31,527 nucleotides of DNA from Woeseiaceae bacterium (GCA_035466635.1 DATIUU010000131.1:1-31527), one strand, 5' to 3'. Positions 1-9,766 are shown, counted from the first letter of the stretch. Notes: generated by a model from the sequence alone, not told the origin. A program made the numbers and translations.

Positions 1-2180
1 ACGACGGCCCGGCTCACCAGCGCGAGCTGCTCGAGGTCATAGCCTGATATCTCGATCTGCAACGGGCTCGAGAAGCTCAGCAGCGACGGCCGCGAAAACT
101 CGTACTGCACGCCCGGAATCACGGCAAGCTCACGGCGCATCGCGTCCATCGTCGCGCCCTCGGCTTCACCCCCGGCGCCCGGCACCAGGGCAACACTGAG
201 CGTGCCGGTATTGTCGCCCGCATCGACGGGATTCGCGTCGAGCCGGTTGCCGGTCCCCGCCACCGAATAATCGAGCGCGACGGCATCGATGTTCGCGGTG
301 GCACGCTGCGCAGCCTGTATGGCGCGATCCGTCTCCGCGAGCGTGGCGCCGGGCGCCAAGCGCAGGTCCACGTTGAACTCGCCCTGCGACAGCTGCGGTA
401 TGAGTTCGCTGCCGAGGCGCGGTACCAGGGCCATGCTGCCCACGAACAGCAGCAGTGCGGCGACCAGGACGGCGGCGCGGTGTTGCAGCGACCAGCAGAG
501 CAGCGCCGGGTAGACGGCGGCAACGGCGCGGTAGAATCGCTGGAAGACCTGCGTAGGCAGCCACAGAAGGGCCCAGAAAAGCCACCTGAAGCCCAGGAAC
601 ACGAAGCCGAACGCCCGGATTATTGCGGCGACCATGCGGGTGAAGCGCCCTGCGGGGCCGCTGTCCTGCTCGCCGGCGTACCGGCTGCCGGCGCCCAGGG
701 CAGACAGCATCGGTATGACCGTAAGGGCGACGATCAGCGAAAACAGCAATGCAAACGTGACGGTCAGCGCCTGGTCGCGGAACAACTGGCCCGCGATCCC
801 GGAGATGAACACCATCGGAAAGAAGACCGCGATCGTCGTCAGCGTCGCCGCCACGACGGCGGACGCGACTTCCGCGGTGCCGTTCATTGCCGCTTCGGCG
901 ATGCCCTCTCCCTGTTCTCGCTTGCGCACGATGTTCTCGAGCACGACAATGGAGTTGTCGACGAGCATGCCGACCGCAAGGGCGATGCCGCCGAGGGACA
1001 TGATGTTCAGCGACACATCGTTGATGTACATCAACAGGAACGTCCCGATCACGGAGACCGGGATAGCGATGCCGACGATCGCCGTCGAGCGTGCGTCGCG
1101 CAGGAATCCGTACAGGACGACGATCGCAAGGATGCCGCCGATAATCGCGGCGCTCTTCACGTTGTCGACGGCCGAGGAGATGAAGCGCGACTGGTCGTAG
1201 ATCTCGACCAGTTCCATGTCCGCGGGCAAGGACTCGCGAACGCGCTGCAGGCGGTCCTGGAGACGATTCGCGACCTGCACCGTGTTCGCGTCACCCTCCT
1301 TGTAAATCGCCAGTTCCACCGATTCGCGCCCCTTGACGCGCGTAATCGCTTCGCGCTCCTTGTAACCGCGTTCCACCGTGGCGATATCGCGCAGGTAGAC
1401 GGGACGGTCGGCAACGTAGGCTACGATGGCGTCATTGAATTCTTCGACGGATTCGAATTCGTTCAGCGTGCGAACCAGGAACCGCTGGTCGCCTTCCTCG
1501 AGCCTGCCGCCGGAGAGGTTGACGTTTTCTGCGCGGATGCGCTCCGCGACCTGCCCGATACCGATGCCGAGCTGCGACAGCTTCTGCTGATCGACCTGGA
1601 TCTGGATCTCGTCTTCGAGCCCGCCGCTCACCTTGACGGCCGCGGTGCCTTCCTCGGCTTCGAGGTCGGTCTTGATACGGTCTTCCGCAAGACGCCGCAG
1701 CGCTTTCAGGCGGCTCTCCGCGCTGTCCCCCCGGTCCGCCGACTCCCCGTCGAGAAGGCCCAGCCGCATGATCGGTTCGGAGGATGGATCGAACCGCAGC
1801 AACAACGGCCGGCTCGCCTCGAGCGGCAGGAACAGCAGGTCCAGTTTTTCGCGAACCTCGACACCGGCTACGTCCATGTCGGTTCCCCACAGGAACTCGA
1901 GCGTGACGTCGGACTGTCCCGAGCGGGAGACCGATCGAACCAGCCGGACGTTGCGAATGACGCCGACGGCTTCCTCGACGGGCTTGGTAATGAGGTTCTC
2001 GACTTCGACTGGCGCCGCGCCGGTGAGCTCGGTGCGGATCGTGAGCGTCGGGTGGGAAACGTCGGGCAGCAGGTTCAGTTTCAGCCGCGACAGGGCCACC
2101 GTGCCGAACAGCCCCACGGCTACCATGAGCATGACGACGGTGACGCGACGCTCGGTCGCTATCTCAATCAGTCGCCGCAT
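1..2180 (-). CDS. RND efflux permease (AcrB/AcrD/AcrF family), 3' end beyond window
   Basis: Not in the ORF track because there is no stop in the window. My translation from ATG 2180 gives MRRLIEIATERRVTVVMLMVAVGLFGTVALSRLKLNLLPDVSHPTLTIRTELTGAAPVEVENLITKPVEE, and TM4 reads GMLVDNSIVVLENI. The start overlaps the upstream MFP stop (2164). Confidence 0.95.
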   Translation of the reverse strand, partial: MRRLIEIATERRVTVVMLMVAVGLFGTVALSRLKLNLLPDVSHPTLTIRTELTGAAPVEVENLITKPVEEAVGVIRNVRLVRSVSRSGQSDVTLEFLWGTDMDVAGVEVREKLDLLFLPLEASRPLLLRFDPSSEPIMRLGLLDGESADRGDSAESRLKALRRLAEDRIKTDLEAEEGTAAVKVSGGLEDEIQIQVDQQKLSQLGIGIGQVAERIRAENVNLSGGRLEEGDQRFLVRTLNEFESVEEFNDAIVAYVADRPVYLRDIATVERGYKEREAITRVKGRESVELAIYKEGDANTVQVANRLQDRLQRVRESLPADMELVEIYDQSRFISSAVDNVKSAAIIGGILAIVVLYGFLRDARSTAIVGIAIPVSVIGTFLLMYINDVSLNIMSLGGIALAVGMLVDNSIVVLENIVRKREQGEGIAEAAMNGTAEVASAVVAATLTTIAVFFPMVFISGIAGQLFRDQALTVTFALLFSLIVALTVIPMLSALGAGSRYAGEQDSGPAGRFTRMVAAIIRAFGFVFLGFRWLFWALLWLPTQVFQRFYRAVAAVYPALLCWSLQHRAAVLVAALLLFVGSMALVPRLGSELIPQLSQGEFNVDLRLAPGATLAETDRAIQAAQRATANIDAVALDYSVAGTGNRLDANPVDAGDNTGTLSVALVPGAGGEAEGATMDAMRRELAVIPGVQYEFSRPSLLSFSSPLQIEISGYDLEQLALVSRAV

Positions 2181-3288
2181 CGTCCGATTCCTGTCCGGCG
2201 CCACCTTCCTCGCTCGCGTCGACCGCGCGCTCTGCATCGCCGGCACGGTTGATGACGTTAACCCGCGAATCCTGTTTCAGGCTGGCCTGGCCCACGGTGA
2301 TCACCTGCTCACCGTCCTGCAGGCCGCTGATGATCTCGATCATGCCCTTGTTGCTGTAGCCCGTCTCCACCGCCCTCCTGACGGCGTGGTCGTCTTCCAC
2401 GACGAACACGCTCGCCGTGCCCTGGTCCTCAATGATCGCGCTGCGGGGGATCTGCAGCGCATCTTCGCGCACGTCGTAGACGACGCCGATGCGGCCGAAC
2501 ATCCCCGGCTTGATGCGTCTCCGCGCGTCGACGATTTCCACCGTGATCTTGAAGGTCCCGGTCTGCGGGTCCACGATGGGGCTTACCCGGCTGACGGACG
2601 CGGCGATCGTCTCGCCGGCAAGTGCGTCGATCTCGATACCGACGGGCTGGCCCGGGTCGACGTTGCGGTATTCGCGCTCCGGAACGTGCAGGTAGGCCAC
2701 GAGCGGTTCGAGGCTCGTGACTTTGAACAGGGGGTCTCCCTCCTTGATCGTGTTGCCGAGCTTTACGACGCGTTGCGAAACCACTCCGTCGATGGGCGCG
2801 CGGATTTGCGTGTAGTCGAGTTCGAGGCTCGCGAGGTTGAATGCCGCCTCCAGCGCTTCCATTTCGTATTTGATCTTCTCGAAATCGCCGTCGCTGATCA
2901 GTCCCTTGGCCTGCAGGTCGACATTACGTTCGTAGTCTCGTTGCAGTTTGCGGAGCCTGGCTTCCGATTCGTTCAACTCGAGCCGCAGGCGTTCCCCGTC
3001 GAGGCGCGCCATGATCTGGCCCTTGTGGACGTCGTCTCCTTCCTCGACGAGCAAGTCGCGAACCTCACCGCCGACCTTGGCGATGACGTCTGCTTCGGCG
3101 AATGCCTCGATCGGCGCGGTGCCTGTGTACATGGCGTAGACGTCACCGCGAACGGGCACGCTGGTCTCGACCGGGATCGGTGGTGTTTCTTCCCCGGAAT
3201 CGTCTGCCTCGGAGCCCGCCTGCGGCTGGCAGGCGCCGAGGAGCAGGGCCGCGAGTAGCGCTGGCAGCCCGGATCGGAATAAGCTCAT
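2164..3288 (-). CDS. RND membrane fusion protein (periplasmic adaptor), lipoprotein
   Basis: Lipoyl/hairpin MFP pattern (KVGGEV..LLVEEGD..; IRAPIDGVV). Start moved to ATG 3288, which has a GGAGG SD and the lipobox LLLGAC. Confidence 0.93.
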   Translation of the reverse strand: MSLFRSGLPALLAALLLGACQPQAGSEADDSGEETPPIPVETSVPVRGDVYAMYTGTAPIEAFAEADVIAKVGGEVRDLLVEEGDDVHKGQIMARLDGERLRLELNESEARLRKLQRDYERNVDLQAKGLISDGDFEKIKYEMEALEAAFNLASLELDYTQIRAPIDGVVSQRVVKLGNTIKEGDPLFKVTSLEPLVAYLHVPEREYRNVDPGQPVGIEIDALAGETIAASVSRVSPIVDPQTGTFKITVEIVDARRRIKPGMFGRIGVVYDVREDALQIPRSAIIEDQGTASVFVVEDDHAVRRAVETGYSNKGMIEIISGLQDGEQVITVGQASLKQDSRVNVINRAGDAERAVDASEEGGAGQESDDAATD

Positions 3289-3351
3289 GGGATCCTCCCT
3301 CGATGCCGCGCGGCGATTCTCCGCACCGTTCACGGCAAGCAGCGGTTTGCG

Positions 3352-4443
3352 TCAGCCCGCGTAGTTATTGCCGGAATCATTGCTCGCAAGGACTTTGCTG
3401 CCGTCGCGCAGGCTCGCCTGGCCGGTAACGACGACTTCTTCGTCCATAGCGAGGCCGTCGACGACTTCCACGAGTTTGCCGGATTCGATGCCTACCTGGA
3501 TGACCCGGCGGGCAACGGCACCGTCGGCGACGACGTACACGGAGGTCTGGTCGTCTTCCTCGACGATCGCGGTGCGCGGAATCACCAGTGCGTCGGCATG
3601 CCGGTCGTAGGCAATCGAGAAGCGGGCGAACATGCCGGGCGCGAGTTCGCCGGAGCGGTTGTCGATGAACGCGGTGGCGCGGAACGTGCCGTTACGCACG
3701 TCGATGGTCGGGCTGATCCGCGCGATGGTCGCCGAGTAAGTGGCCTCCGGCATCGCGTCCACCTTCAGGGTTGCCGCTTGCCCGGCCGAGAACTTGCCGA
3801 GTTCGCCCTGCGGTATCTGCAGGTAGGCAAGCAGCTCGCTGGTGTCGGTGATGCGGAAAGCCTCGTCGGCAGGGTCGATGCTCTGCCCGAGCTTGACGTA
3901 CCGTGAAGAAATCACGCCATCGATCGGCGCGCGGATCTTCGAGTACTCGAAATTCAGCCGAGCCAGGTTATAGGTGGCCTCGAGTGCTTCCAGGTCGTAT
4001 TTCAGGCCCTCGAACATCGCTTCACTCACCAGGCCGCGTGCAGCCAGGTCGGTGTAGCGTTCGTACTCGCCCCGGGCCTGTTCGAGGTTCGCCCTTGCCG
4101 ACAACATCTCGAGCCGCAGGCGCTCGCCGTCGAGTTCGGCGAGTACCTGTCCCGCCACGACCCGATCGCCTTCCTCGACCAGCAGCCTCACGACCTCGCC
4201 ACCGACTTTTGCCACGACGGGCGCGTCGGCATCCGAAGCGATCGTGGTCGTCGCCTCGTAGGTTGCGACGATATCGATACGCGTCGGCATGGCCGTCTCC
4301 ACCGGGATCGGGGTTGCCGCCCGGGTCTCACTTTCCGGGGCGACGCTGGCTTCGCCCACGCCGCAGCCGGACGCCAGGGCGACCGTGAGTGAGATGATGA
4401 GCGTGGTGACAGTGACGTGTTTGAGGTTCATCTTGGCGGTCAT
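3352..4443 (-). CDS. RND membrane fusion protein, lipoprotein
   Basis: KVGGEVVRLLVEEGDRV and IRAPIDGVIS motifs; lipobox LASGC. ATG 4431 is an alternative start. Confidence 0.93.
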   Translation of the reverse strand: MTAKMNLKHVTVTTLIISLTVALASGCGVGEASVAPESETRAATPIPVETAMPTRIDIVATYEATTTIASDADAPVVAKVGGEVVRLLVEEGDRVVAGQVLAELDGERLRLEMLSARANLEQARGEYERYTDLAARGLVSEAMFEGLKYDLEALEATYNLARLNFEYSKIRAPIDGVISSRYVKLGQSIDPADEAFRITDTSELLAYLQIPQGELGKFSAGQAATLKVDAMPEATYSATIARISPTIDVRNGTFRATAFIDNRSGELAPGMFARFSIAYDRHADALVIPRTAIVEEDDQTSVYVVADGAVARRVIQVGIESGKLVEVVDGLAMDEEVVVTGQASLRDGSKVLASNDSGNNYAG

Positions 4444-4455
4444 CTTTCGAGTTAC

Positions 4456-4496
4456 AGTGTTATAGTGAAGTATAACACTAGCTTAGTATAACGCAA
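4456..4496 (-). promoter_or_regulatory. Sigma70-type promoter of the MFP-MFP-RND operon with an overlapping palindromic operator
   Basis: Minus strand: TTGCGT (4496-4491), 16 nt, TGt-TATACT (4474-4469). Perfect inverted repeat AGTGTTATA-N6-TATAACACT at 4456-4479. Confidence 0.7.
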
Positions 4497-4709
4497 CACC
4501 TTGTGTCGATTTTTTTGCCCAGCGTGATTCTTTAAAAACAGACACTTACAGTGTCATGCCCGGTGCCTGCCGCTGGCCCCGGCCCTTGCCGACGGAGAAT
4601 CAGACCGCTGCCGCCAGCCGGAGTTCGGGCCGCGCGCACGGCGACGGAATCCGGAACCTGCCACTTAGATGCCGGCAAGGCGGATTTGGATGCAGGCCCG
4701 GATGCATTG

Positions 4710-7700
4710 CTACGGGGTGGCCGTGGTGGCCGACGAACCGTCGCCGCGGCGCTCGCGGCGCGCGGCGATGCGCTCTGACACGTTGGCCTGGATCATGAGC
4801 AGGCTGGGCGTCAGGAGCAGCGTGAGGATCGTGGCGAAAGCGAGGCCCCCGGCGACCGACGACGCGAGCTGTGTCCACCACTGGGAACTCGGTGCGCCCA
4901 CCGAGATGTCGCGTTCGATCAGGTTGATGTTGACACCCAGCACCATCGGCATGAGGCCGATGATCGTCGTAACCGTGGTGAGCAACACTGGCCGCAGGCG
5001 GATCGCGCAGGTACGTAATACGGCATCGTAGGCATCGAGGCCCCGGCTGCGAAGCACGTTGTAGGTATCGATGAACACGATGTTGTTGTTTACGACGATA
5101 CCCGCGAGGGTGATGACGCCGACGCTGGACATGATGACGCCGAAAGGCTTGTCCATGACGAGATGACCGAGGAGCACGCCGCCTGTCGAGAACAGCACCG
5201 CGGTGAGAATCAGGCCGGCCTGGTAAATGCTGTTGAACTGCGTCACCAGGATGATCGCCATGATCGCGAGCGCCATCAGCATCGCCCGCTCCAGGAACGC
5301 CATGTCCTCTTCCTGGTCTTCCGTACCGCCACGGAACGCGGCGCTGACGCGTGGATCGAGTGCGAGGGTGGGCATCATCTCGCGGAGATCCGCGACCACG
5401 TCGGATACGAGGTAGTCGCTGTCGACATCGGCATCGATACTGATCGTGCGCTCCAGGTCGATGCGCGTGATCGTGCTGACTTTCTGTGCCGGTTTTCTTT
5501 CGACGAACGTGCTGATGGGCACCTGCCCGCCGTCCGTCGGGATGCGCAGCCCGTCGATCTGGGAGAGACTGCGGTACTGTTCCGGGTAGCGGACGCGGAT
5601 GTCGATCTCGTCGTCGCTGTCGTCGGGCCGGTATTCGCCGATCTTGATGCCGTTGGTCACGAGCTGGACCATCGCGCCGACGAGCGAGATATCGGCCCCG
5701 AAGCGAGCCGCCTCGGCGCGGTCGACGTCGATCTGCCATTCGATACCGGGCAGGGGACGGCTGTCCTCGATATTGATGACGGCCGGGTGTTCCTCCATGA
5801 CCGCGCGGATTTCGGCCACGGCGTCGTCCAGCAACTCGGGGAAGCGCGACGCTACCTCGATGTGGATCGGCTTGCCAATGGGCGGACCTGGATCAGGCTT
5901 GCGTGTTTCAATCGTAATGCCGACGAGATCGGCCGTGTTGCGACGGATGTCGGCCAGGATCTCATCGGCTTTGCGCCGCTCGTCCCAGTCCACGTAGTTC
6001 AGTGTGAGCGAGCCGATATGGTCGGACGCGGCATCGTCGCCGCCGGCGCCGACCTTTGCATACAGGTGTTCGATCTCGGCCATGCCGAGGACACGGTTTT
6101 CGACCTGGCGCACGAGTTGGTCCATCTCGTCGATCGAGAGATCGCCGCGCGCACGGATATCGACCATGCCGAAAGGCATCTCGACCTCCGGGAAGTACTC
6201 GACGCCGCGGCCCAATGCGAAGAAGGCGACGTACACGGCGAGCAACAAGCCGGTGACCCCCGCGACGCTGCGCCACGGCCGCCTCAGGGACCGGCGCAGC
6301 AGCCTGATGTAGCTGCCCGTGAACCCGGTGACGCTGTTCAGGTCGCCGGTCTCGGCCGCGGCGAGATTGCGCTTCATCTCGGCGGTCGTGGCGCCGGTCT
6401 TGCCGAATACCGAGCCGAGCGTGGGCACGAATATCAGCGCCATGATCAGCGATGCCGAGAGGACCGCGATGAGCGTGATCGGCAGGTACTTCATGAACTC
6501 GCCGGAGGTACCCGGCCAGAGGGCCAGCGGCACGAATGCGGCGAGCGTCGTGCAGGTCGATGCGATGATGGGCCAGGACATGCGGATGGCAGCGCGCGAG
6601 TACGCGTCGAAACGGCTCTCGCCCTCGGCCATGCGCCGGTCGGCCATCTCGGTCACGACGATAGCGCCGTCGACGAGCATGCCCACGGCCATGATCAGCG
6701 CGAACAGCACCATCATGTTGATCGTGACGCCGAAGGAACCAATGAGCAGTATGCCCATCAGGAACGAGCCGGGGATCGCGACGCCGACGAGCAGCGCGGT
6801 GCGAATACCGAGAATGCCGATGATGACGATGAAGACGAGCAGCACGGCCGCAAGCACGCTGTTCTGCAGCTCGGTCAGCATGTCCTGCACGTCTTTCGAC
6901 TTGTCACGCGACGCGATGACCTCGATTTCGGCCGGCCAGTAAGCCTGCTCTTCGGCCACGAGTGCCTTGATCTCGTCGATGGTCTCGATGACGTTGGCGC
7001 GCGCACGCTGCACGACCTCGATGGCAAGCGCCGGCTTGCCGTTGAGGCGGGCGTAGCTCTCGGCATCCTTGTAGGTCCTGCGGACCTCGGCGATATCCCG
7101 GAAGTGGACGATGCGATCGCCCACCGCTTTGATGGGCATGCCGAGCACGTCGTCGGGGCTTTCGAACACGCCCGGGACCTTGACGGGGAAGCGTCCTTCC
7201 TCCGACTGCAGTGCGCCGGCTGCCACGAGCCGGTTGTTGAGCCTGACGAAGTTGATGATCTGCGCCTGGTCGAGGCCGTAGCTCTCCATCGCCAGCGGGT
7301 CCACGATGACTTCCATTAACTCTTCGCGGACGCCGACCAGGTTCACCTCGAGGACGCCAGCGAGACCCTCGATCTCCTCCTTGAGGTCCTTGGCAATGGT
7401 AATGAGCGTCCGCTCCGGCACGTCACCGGCGAGGTTGAGGACCAGCATCGGGTCGAAGCGCGACATCTTCACCTCGTTGACGGTCGGTTCGTCGGTCTCG
7501 CCGGGCAGCTTGGCTTTCGCCATGTCGACCTTTTCGCGGACGTCCGCCAGTGCCTTGTCCGTGTCGATGCCCGCGTCGAACTCGATGAGTACGTTGGCGC
7601 CGCCTTCGTAAGCGTTGGCGGTCATCTCCTTGATGCCTTCGATGGCGCGGAGTTCCTGCTCCATGGGCCGGACCAGCAGGCGCTCGCCGTCTTCCGGCGA

Positions 7701-7862
7701 AATACCGTCATGCGTAACGTGGACATAGATCATCGGGATCTCGATGTCCGGTTCCGCCTCCTTGGGTATCGTCGTGTAGGCGATTACGCCGGCGACCAGG
7801 ACGACCGCCAGTGACAGCAACACGGTTCGCGACCGCGCCATTGCGGTCTCGATGATCTGCAT
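4710..7862 (-). CDS. RND efflux permease (AcrB/AcrD/AcrF family), 1050 aa
   Basis: Full-length size and 12-TM layout; TM4 GMLVDGAIVVTE; TM11 RLRPVLLTTVTT. Confidence 0.96.
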   Translation of the reverse strand: MQIIETAMARSRTVLLSLAVVLVAGVIAYTTIPKEAEPDIEIPMIYVHVTHDGISPEDGERLLVRPMEQELRAIEGIKEMTANAYEGGANVLIEFDAGIDTDKALADVREKVDMAKAKLPGETDEPTVNEVKMSRFDPMLVLNLAGDVPERTLITIAKDLKEEIEGLAGVLEVNLVGVREELMEVIVDPLAMESYGLDQAQIINFVRLNNRLVAAGALQSEEGRFPVKVPGVFESPDDVLGMPIKAVGDRIVHFRDIAEVRRTYKDAESYARLNGKPALAIEVVQRARANVIETIDEIKALVAEEQAYWPAEIEVIASRDKSKDVQDMLTELQNSVLAAVLLVFIVIIGILGIRTALLVGVAIPGSFLMGILLIGSFGVTINMMVLFALIMAVGMLVDGAIVVTEMADRRMAEGESRFDAYSRAAIRMSWPIIASTCTTLAAFVPLALWPGTSGEFMKYLPITLIAVLSASLIMALIFVPTLGSVFGKTGATTAEMKRNLAAAETGDLNSVTGFTGSYIRLLRRSLRRPWRSVAGVTGLLLAVYVAFFALGRGVEYFPEVEMPFGMVDIRARGDLSIDEMDQLVRQVENRVLGMAEIEHLYAKVGAGGDDAASDHIGSLTLNYVDWDERRKADEILADIRRNTADLVGITIETRKPDPGPPIGKPIHIEVASRFPELLDDAVAEIRAVMEEHPAVINIEDSRPLPGIEWQIDVDRAEAARFGADISLVGAMVQLVTNGIKIGEYRPDDSDDEIDIRVRYPEQYRSLSQIDGLRIPTDGGQVPISTFVERKPAQKVSTITRIDLERTISIDADVDSDYLVSDVVADLREMMPTLALDPRVSAAFRGGTEDQEEDMAFLERAMLMALAIMAIILVTQFNSIYQAGLILTAVLFSTGGVLLGHLVMDKPFGVIMSSVGVITLAGIVVNNNIVFIDTYNVLRSRGLDAYDAVLRTCAIRLRPVLLTTVTTIIGLMPMVLGVNINLIERDISVGAPSSQWWTQLASSVAGGLAFATILTLLLTPSLLMIQANVSERIAARRERRGDGSSATTATP

Positions 7863-7865
7863 CGG

Positions 7866-9002
7866 CTAGTCCTCGTCTTCCGCCTTGATCGCGACCGCGG
7901 TCTCGACGTCGCCCTCCGGAACCGCGTCCACCATTGTTCCGGGCACGACGAAGCCCTGGCCCACCGTGATGATGGTCGCAAGGTCCGGCAGGCCGGCAAT
8001 CCAGACGCCCTCGTTCGTGGACAATGCGACGTCGGCAACGACGAACTCGACCTGGCCTGCGTCGTTGATGATCTTCACGCCGATGTTGCCGGCGTCATCG
8101 AGCGTGAGCAGCGAGGGTGAAATCCGATGCGCCAGGACGCGTTCCGCGGGGACCTGCAGCTCGGCGGTGCCGCCCGCGCGCAGGTTGCCGTTGCTGTTGT
8201 CCACCTCCAGCTCCACGGTGAACGTTCTCGTCGCCTCGTCGGCGACGGGCGCGACGTAGCGAATGGTGCCGTGGACGGTCTCGCCGGTGGCGAGCCGCGC
8301 CTGCGCCTTTTGCCCGGTTTCGACGTAGCCGGCATCGAACTCCGAAACGTTGGCTGTCACGATGATCCTGCGGTTGTCCACGAAGCGGGCAATCGGGTCG
8401 CCCGCCTTGACGAAGTCGCCCACCTCGACGTGGCGTTCCTGCAACGCACCGGCGAACGGCGCGCGAATGGTCATGTACTCGAGGTCGAGCTGGGCTCGCT
8501 TGAGTTCCGTTTTCGCGGCCTCGAGCTGCGCGATCGCTTCCTGCAGCTGTGCCTCGGACACGTAGCTCTCGCCCTTCAGCTTCAGGCGCCCCTGGTATTC
8601 CACTTCGCGCTGCCGGACGGTGGCCTCCGCCTGTGCGAGCCGGGCTTTGCGGTCGCGCTCGTCCAGCCGGACGATGACGGCATTTCGGTCGACGTTCGTG
8701 CCGCGATCGACGCCCACATACTCGATGCGGCCGTCGGTTTCCGCCGCGAGATCGACGACGCGCGCCGGCGCGGTCTCGCCGTTGACGACGATGGTGCGCA
8801 TGATCGCCTCGGCGGACTGGGTGCGCACGCGGACGCTCGACCGCGAAGGCGCCGCGGCACTGGTAATCACGCTGGCCGGTGCCTGGCCTTCGTCCGGCGC
8901 ATCGCTTCCGAGCTGGCCGGAGGCCAGCCACACGCCGACCAGCACGACGATGCCGGCGGATATCAGCCAGGAGCGAAACTGCTTCAGATTGCTAAAATTC
9001 AT
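7866..9002 (-). CDS. RND membrane fusion protein with N-terminal TM anchor
   Basis: IRAPFAGALQERHVEVGDFV and GTIRYVAPVAD motifs. Start moved to ATG 9002 (MNFSNLKQFRSWLISAGIVVLVGVWLASG) because the longer ORF overlaps padR. Confidence 0.92.
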   Translation of the reverse strand: MNFSNLKQFRSWLISAGIVVLVGVWLASGQLGSDAPDEGQAPASVITSAAAPSRSSVRVRTQSAEAIMRTIVVNGETAPARVVDLAAETDGRIEYVGVDRGTNVDRNAVIVRLDERDRKARLAQAEATVRQREVEYQGRLKLKGESYVSEAQLQEAIAQLEAAKTELKRAQLDLEYMTIRAPFAGALQERHVEVGDFVKAGDPIARFVDNRRIIVTANVSEFDAGYVETGQKAQARLATGETVHGTIRYVAPVADEATRTFTVELEVDNSNGNLRAGGTAELQVPAERVLAHRISPSLLTLDDAGNIGVKIINDAGQVEFVVADVALSTNEGVWIAGLPDLATIITVGQGFVVPGTMVDAVPEGDVETAVAIKAEDED

Positions 9003-9046
9003 GTTCTTGAGACCTTTTTCGTAATAGCTCGAGTATCGCGGCGGCA

Positions 9047-9595
9047 TCAGCCGACGGCGGACTCCCGGCCCCCATCCGCATCGTCGAAGAGCTTGTCCCG
9101 GTTCGCTTCGACGTATTCCCGCATGGTCTGCATCATCGTCTTGCCGAAGCCGAGGACGAAGCGTGCGCCGGGCGGCCAATCTTCCATGCAGTTTGTTTCG
9201 AATTCTTTAAAGAGCTCGAGGTAGCTCGTCATTTCCCTGACGCGATTGTCGAGCACGGTTTCGACCTGCTCGCGGGTCATCAGGTGGGCGAAACACATCG
9301 TGGCGAGAAACTCGGAGCGCACTTTGTGTGACGGGCGGGGATTCCCGAGCGCCGCGAGCAGGTGTTCGCGGCCCGCCGCCGTGATCTGGTAGACCTTGCG
9401 GTCGGGTTTGCCCTCCTGCGGAATGCAGCGGCACTCGACCAGGCCGTCGTTGGCCAGGGCATTGAGCGCGGGGTAGATCGAGCCGTAGCCGGCGGCGAAA
9501 AAATGGCCGAACGACGATTCGAATTCCTTCTTCAGGTCGTAGCCCGAGGCTTCACCATCGGTCAGCATGCCCAGGCAGACGGTTTTGACATCCAT
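9047..9595 (-). CDS. PadR-family transcriptional regulator (long, AphA-like C-terminal domain)
   Basis: SGYDLKK..GSIYPAL..L..GLV..RKVYQITAAG winged-HTH signature; first gene of the MFP-RND operon. Confidence 0.93.
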   Translation of the reverse strand: MDVKTVCLGMLTDGEASGYDLKKEFESSFGHFFAAGYGSIYPALNALANDGLVECRCIPQEGKPDRKVYQITAAGREHLLAALGNPRPSHKVRSEFLATMCFAHLMTREQVETVLDNRVREMTSYLELFKEFETNCMEDWPPGARFVLGFGKTMMQTMREYVEANRDKLFDDADGGRESAVG

Positions 9596-9624
9596 TGCGC
9601 TTCATTCCGGCGACCGGTGTCGCC

Positions 9625-9669
9625 ATATATCGGGGCGATGCATTATATTAGTTCGATATATAAAGTCCA
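9625..9669 (-). promoter_or_regulatory. Sigma70 promoter of padR-MFP-RND with flanking inverted repeat
   Basis: Minus strand: TGGACT (9669-9664), 16 nt, TATAAT (9647-9642). ATATATCG (9625-9632) and CGATATAT (9654-9661) form an inverted repeat around the -10. Confidence 0.65.
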
Positions 9670-9741
9670 GTTTGAAAATGTAACGAGTTGTCTCAGGCTG
9701 AAAGCCCAGACAATACAATAGGTTAGAAAATTACCGCGTGG

Positions 9742-9766
9742 AAAACCCGGCCCGGGCGACCGGGTT
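9742..9766 (-). terminator. Probable intrinsic terminator after the FAD oxidoreductase
   Basis: Minus strand AACCCGG-N9-CCGGGTT with the T run extending to TTTT, about 30 nt after the stop at 9799. Confidence 0.55.

Noticed and set aside
480-2252. 590-aa plus-strand ORF, and similar long ORFs at 1633-3258, 5163-7319, 8127-9224, 9958-11484, 13475-14716, 15544-17241, 17996-19639 and 21465-23945
   Set aside because: Antisense or alternative-frame shadows of well-supported genes. They show no family motifs and have the Arg/Ala/Gly-rich composition expected in high-GC DNA.
4521-4545. IHF-like AT-rich site and GACACT-N3-AGTGTC palindrome upstream of the first efflux promoter (similar IHF-like text at 9711-9726)
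   Set aside because: Only a partial match to WATCAANNNNTTR, and the palindrome is short enough to arise by chance.
4600-4707. Possible small ORF (MHPGLHPNPP...) after the RND stop
   Set aside because: No SD or recognisable motif; it is the tail of a shadow frame.
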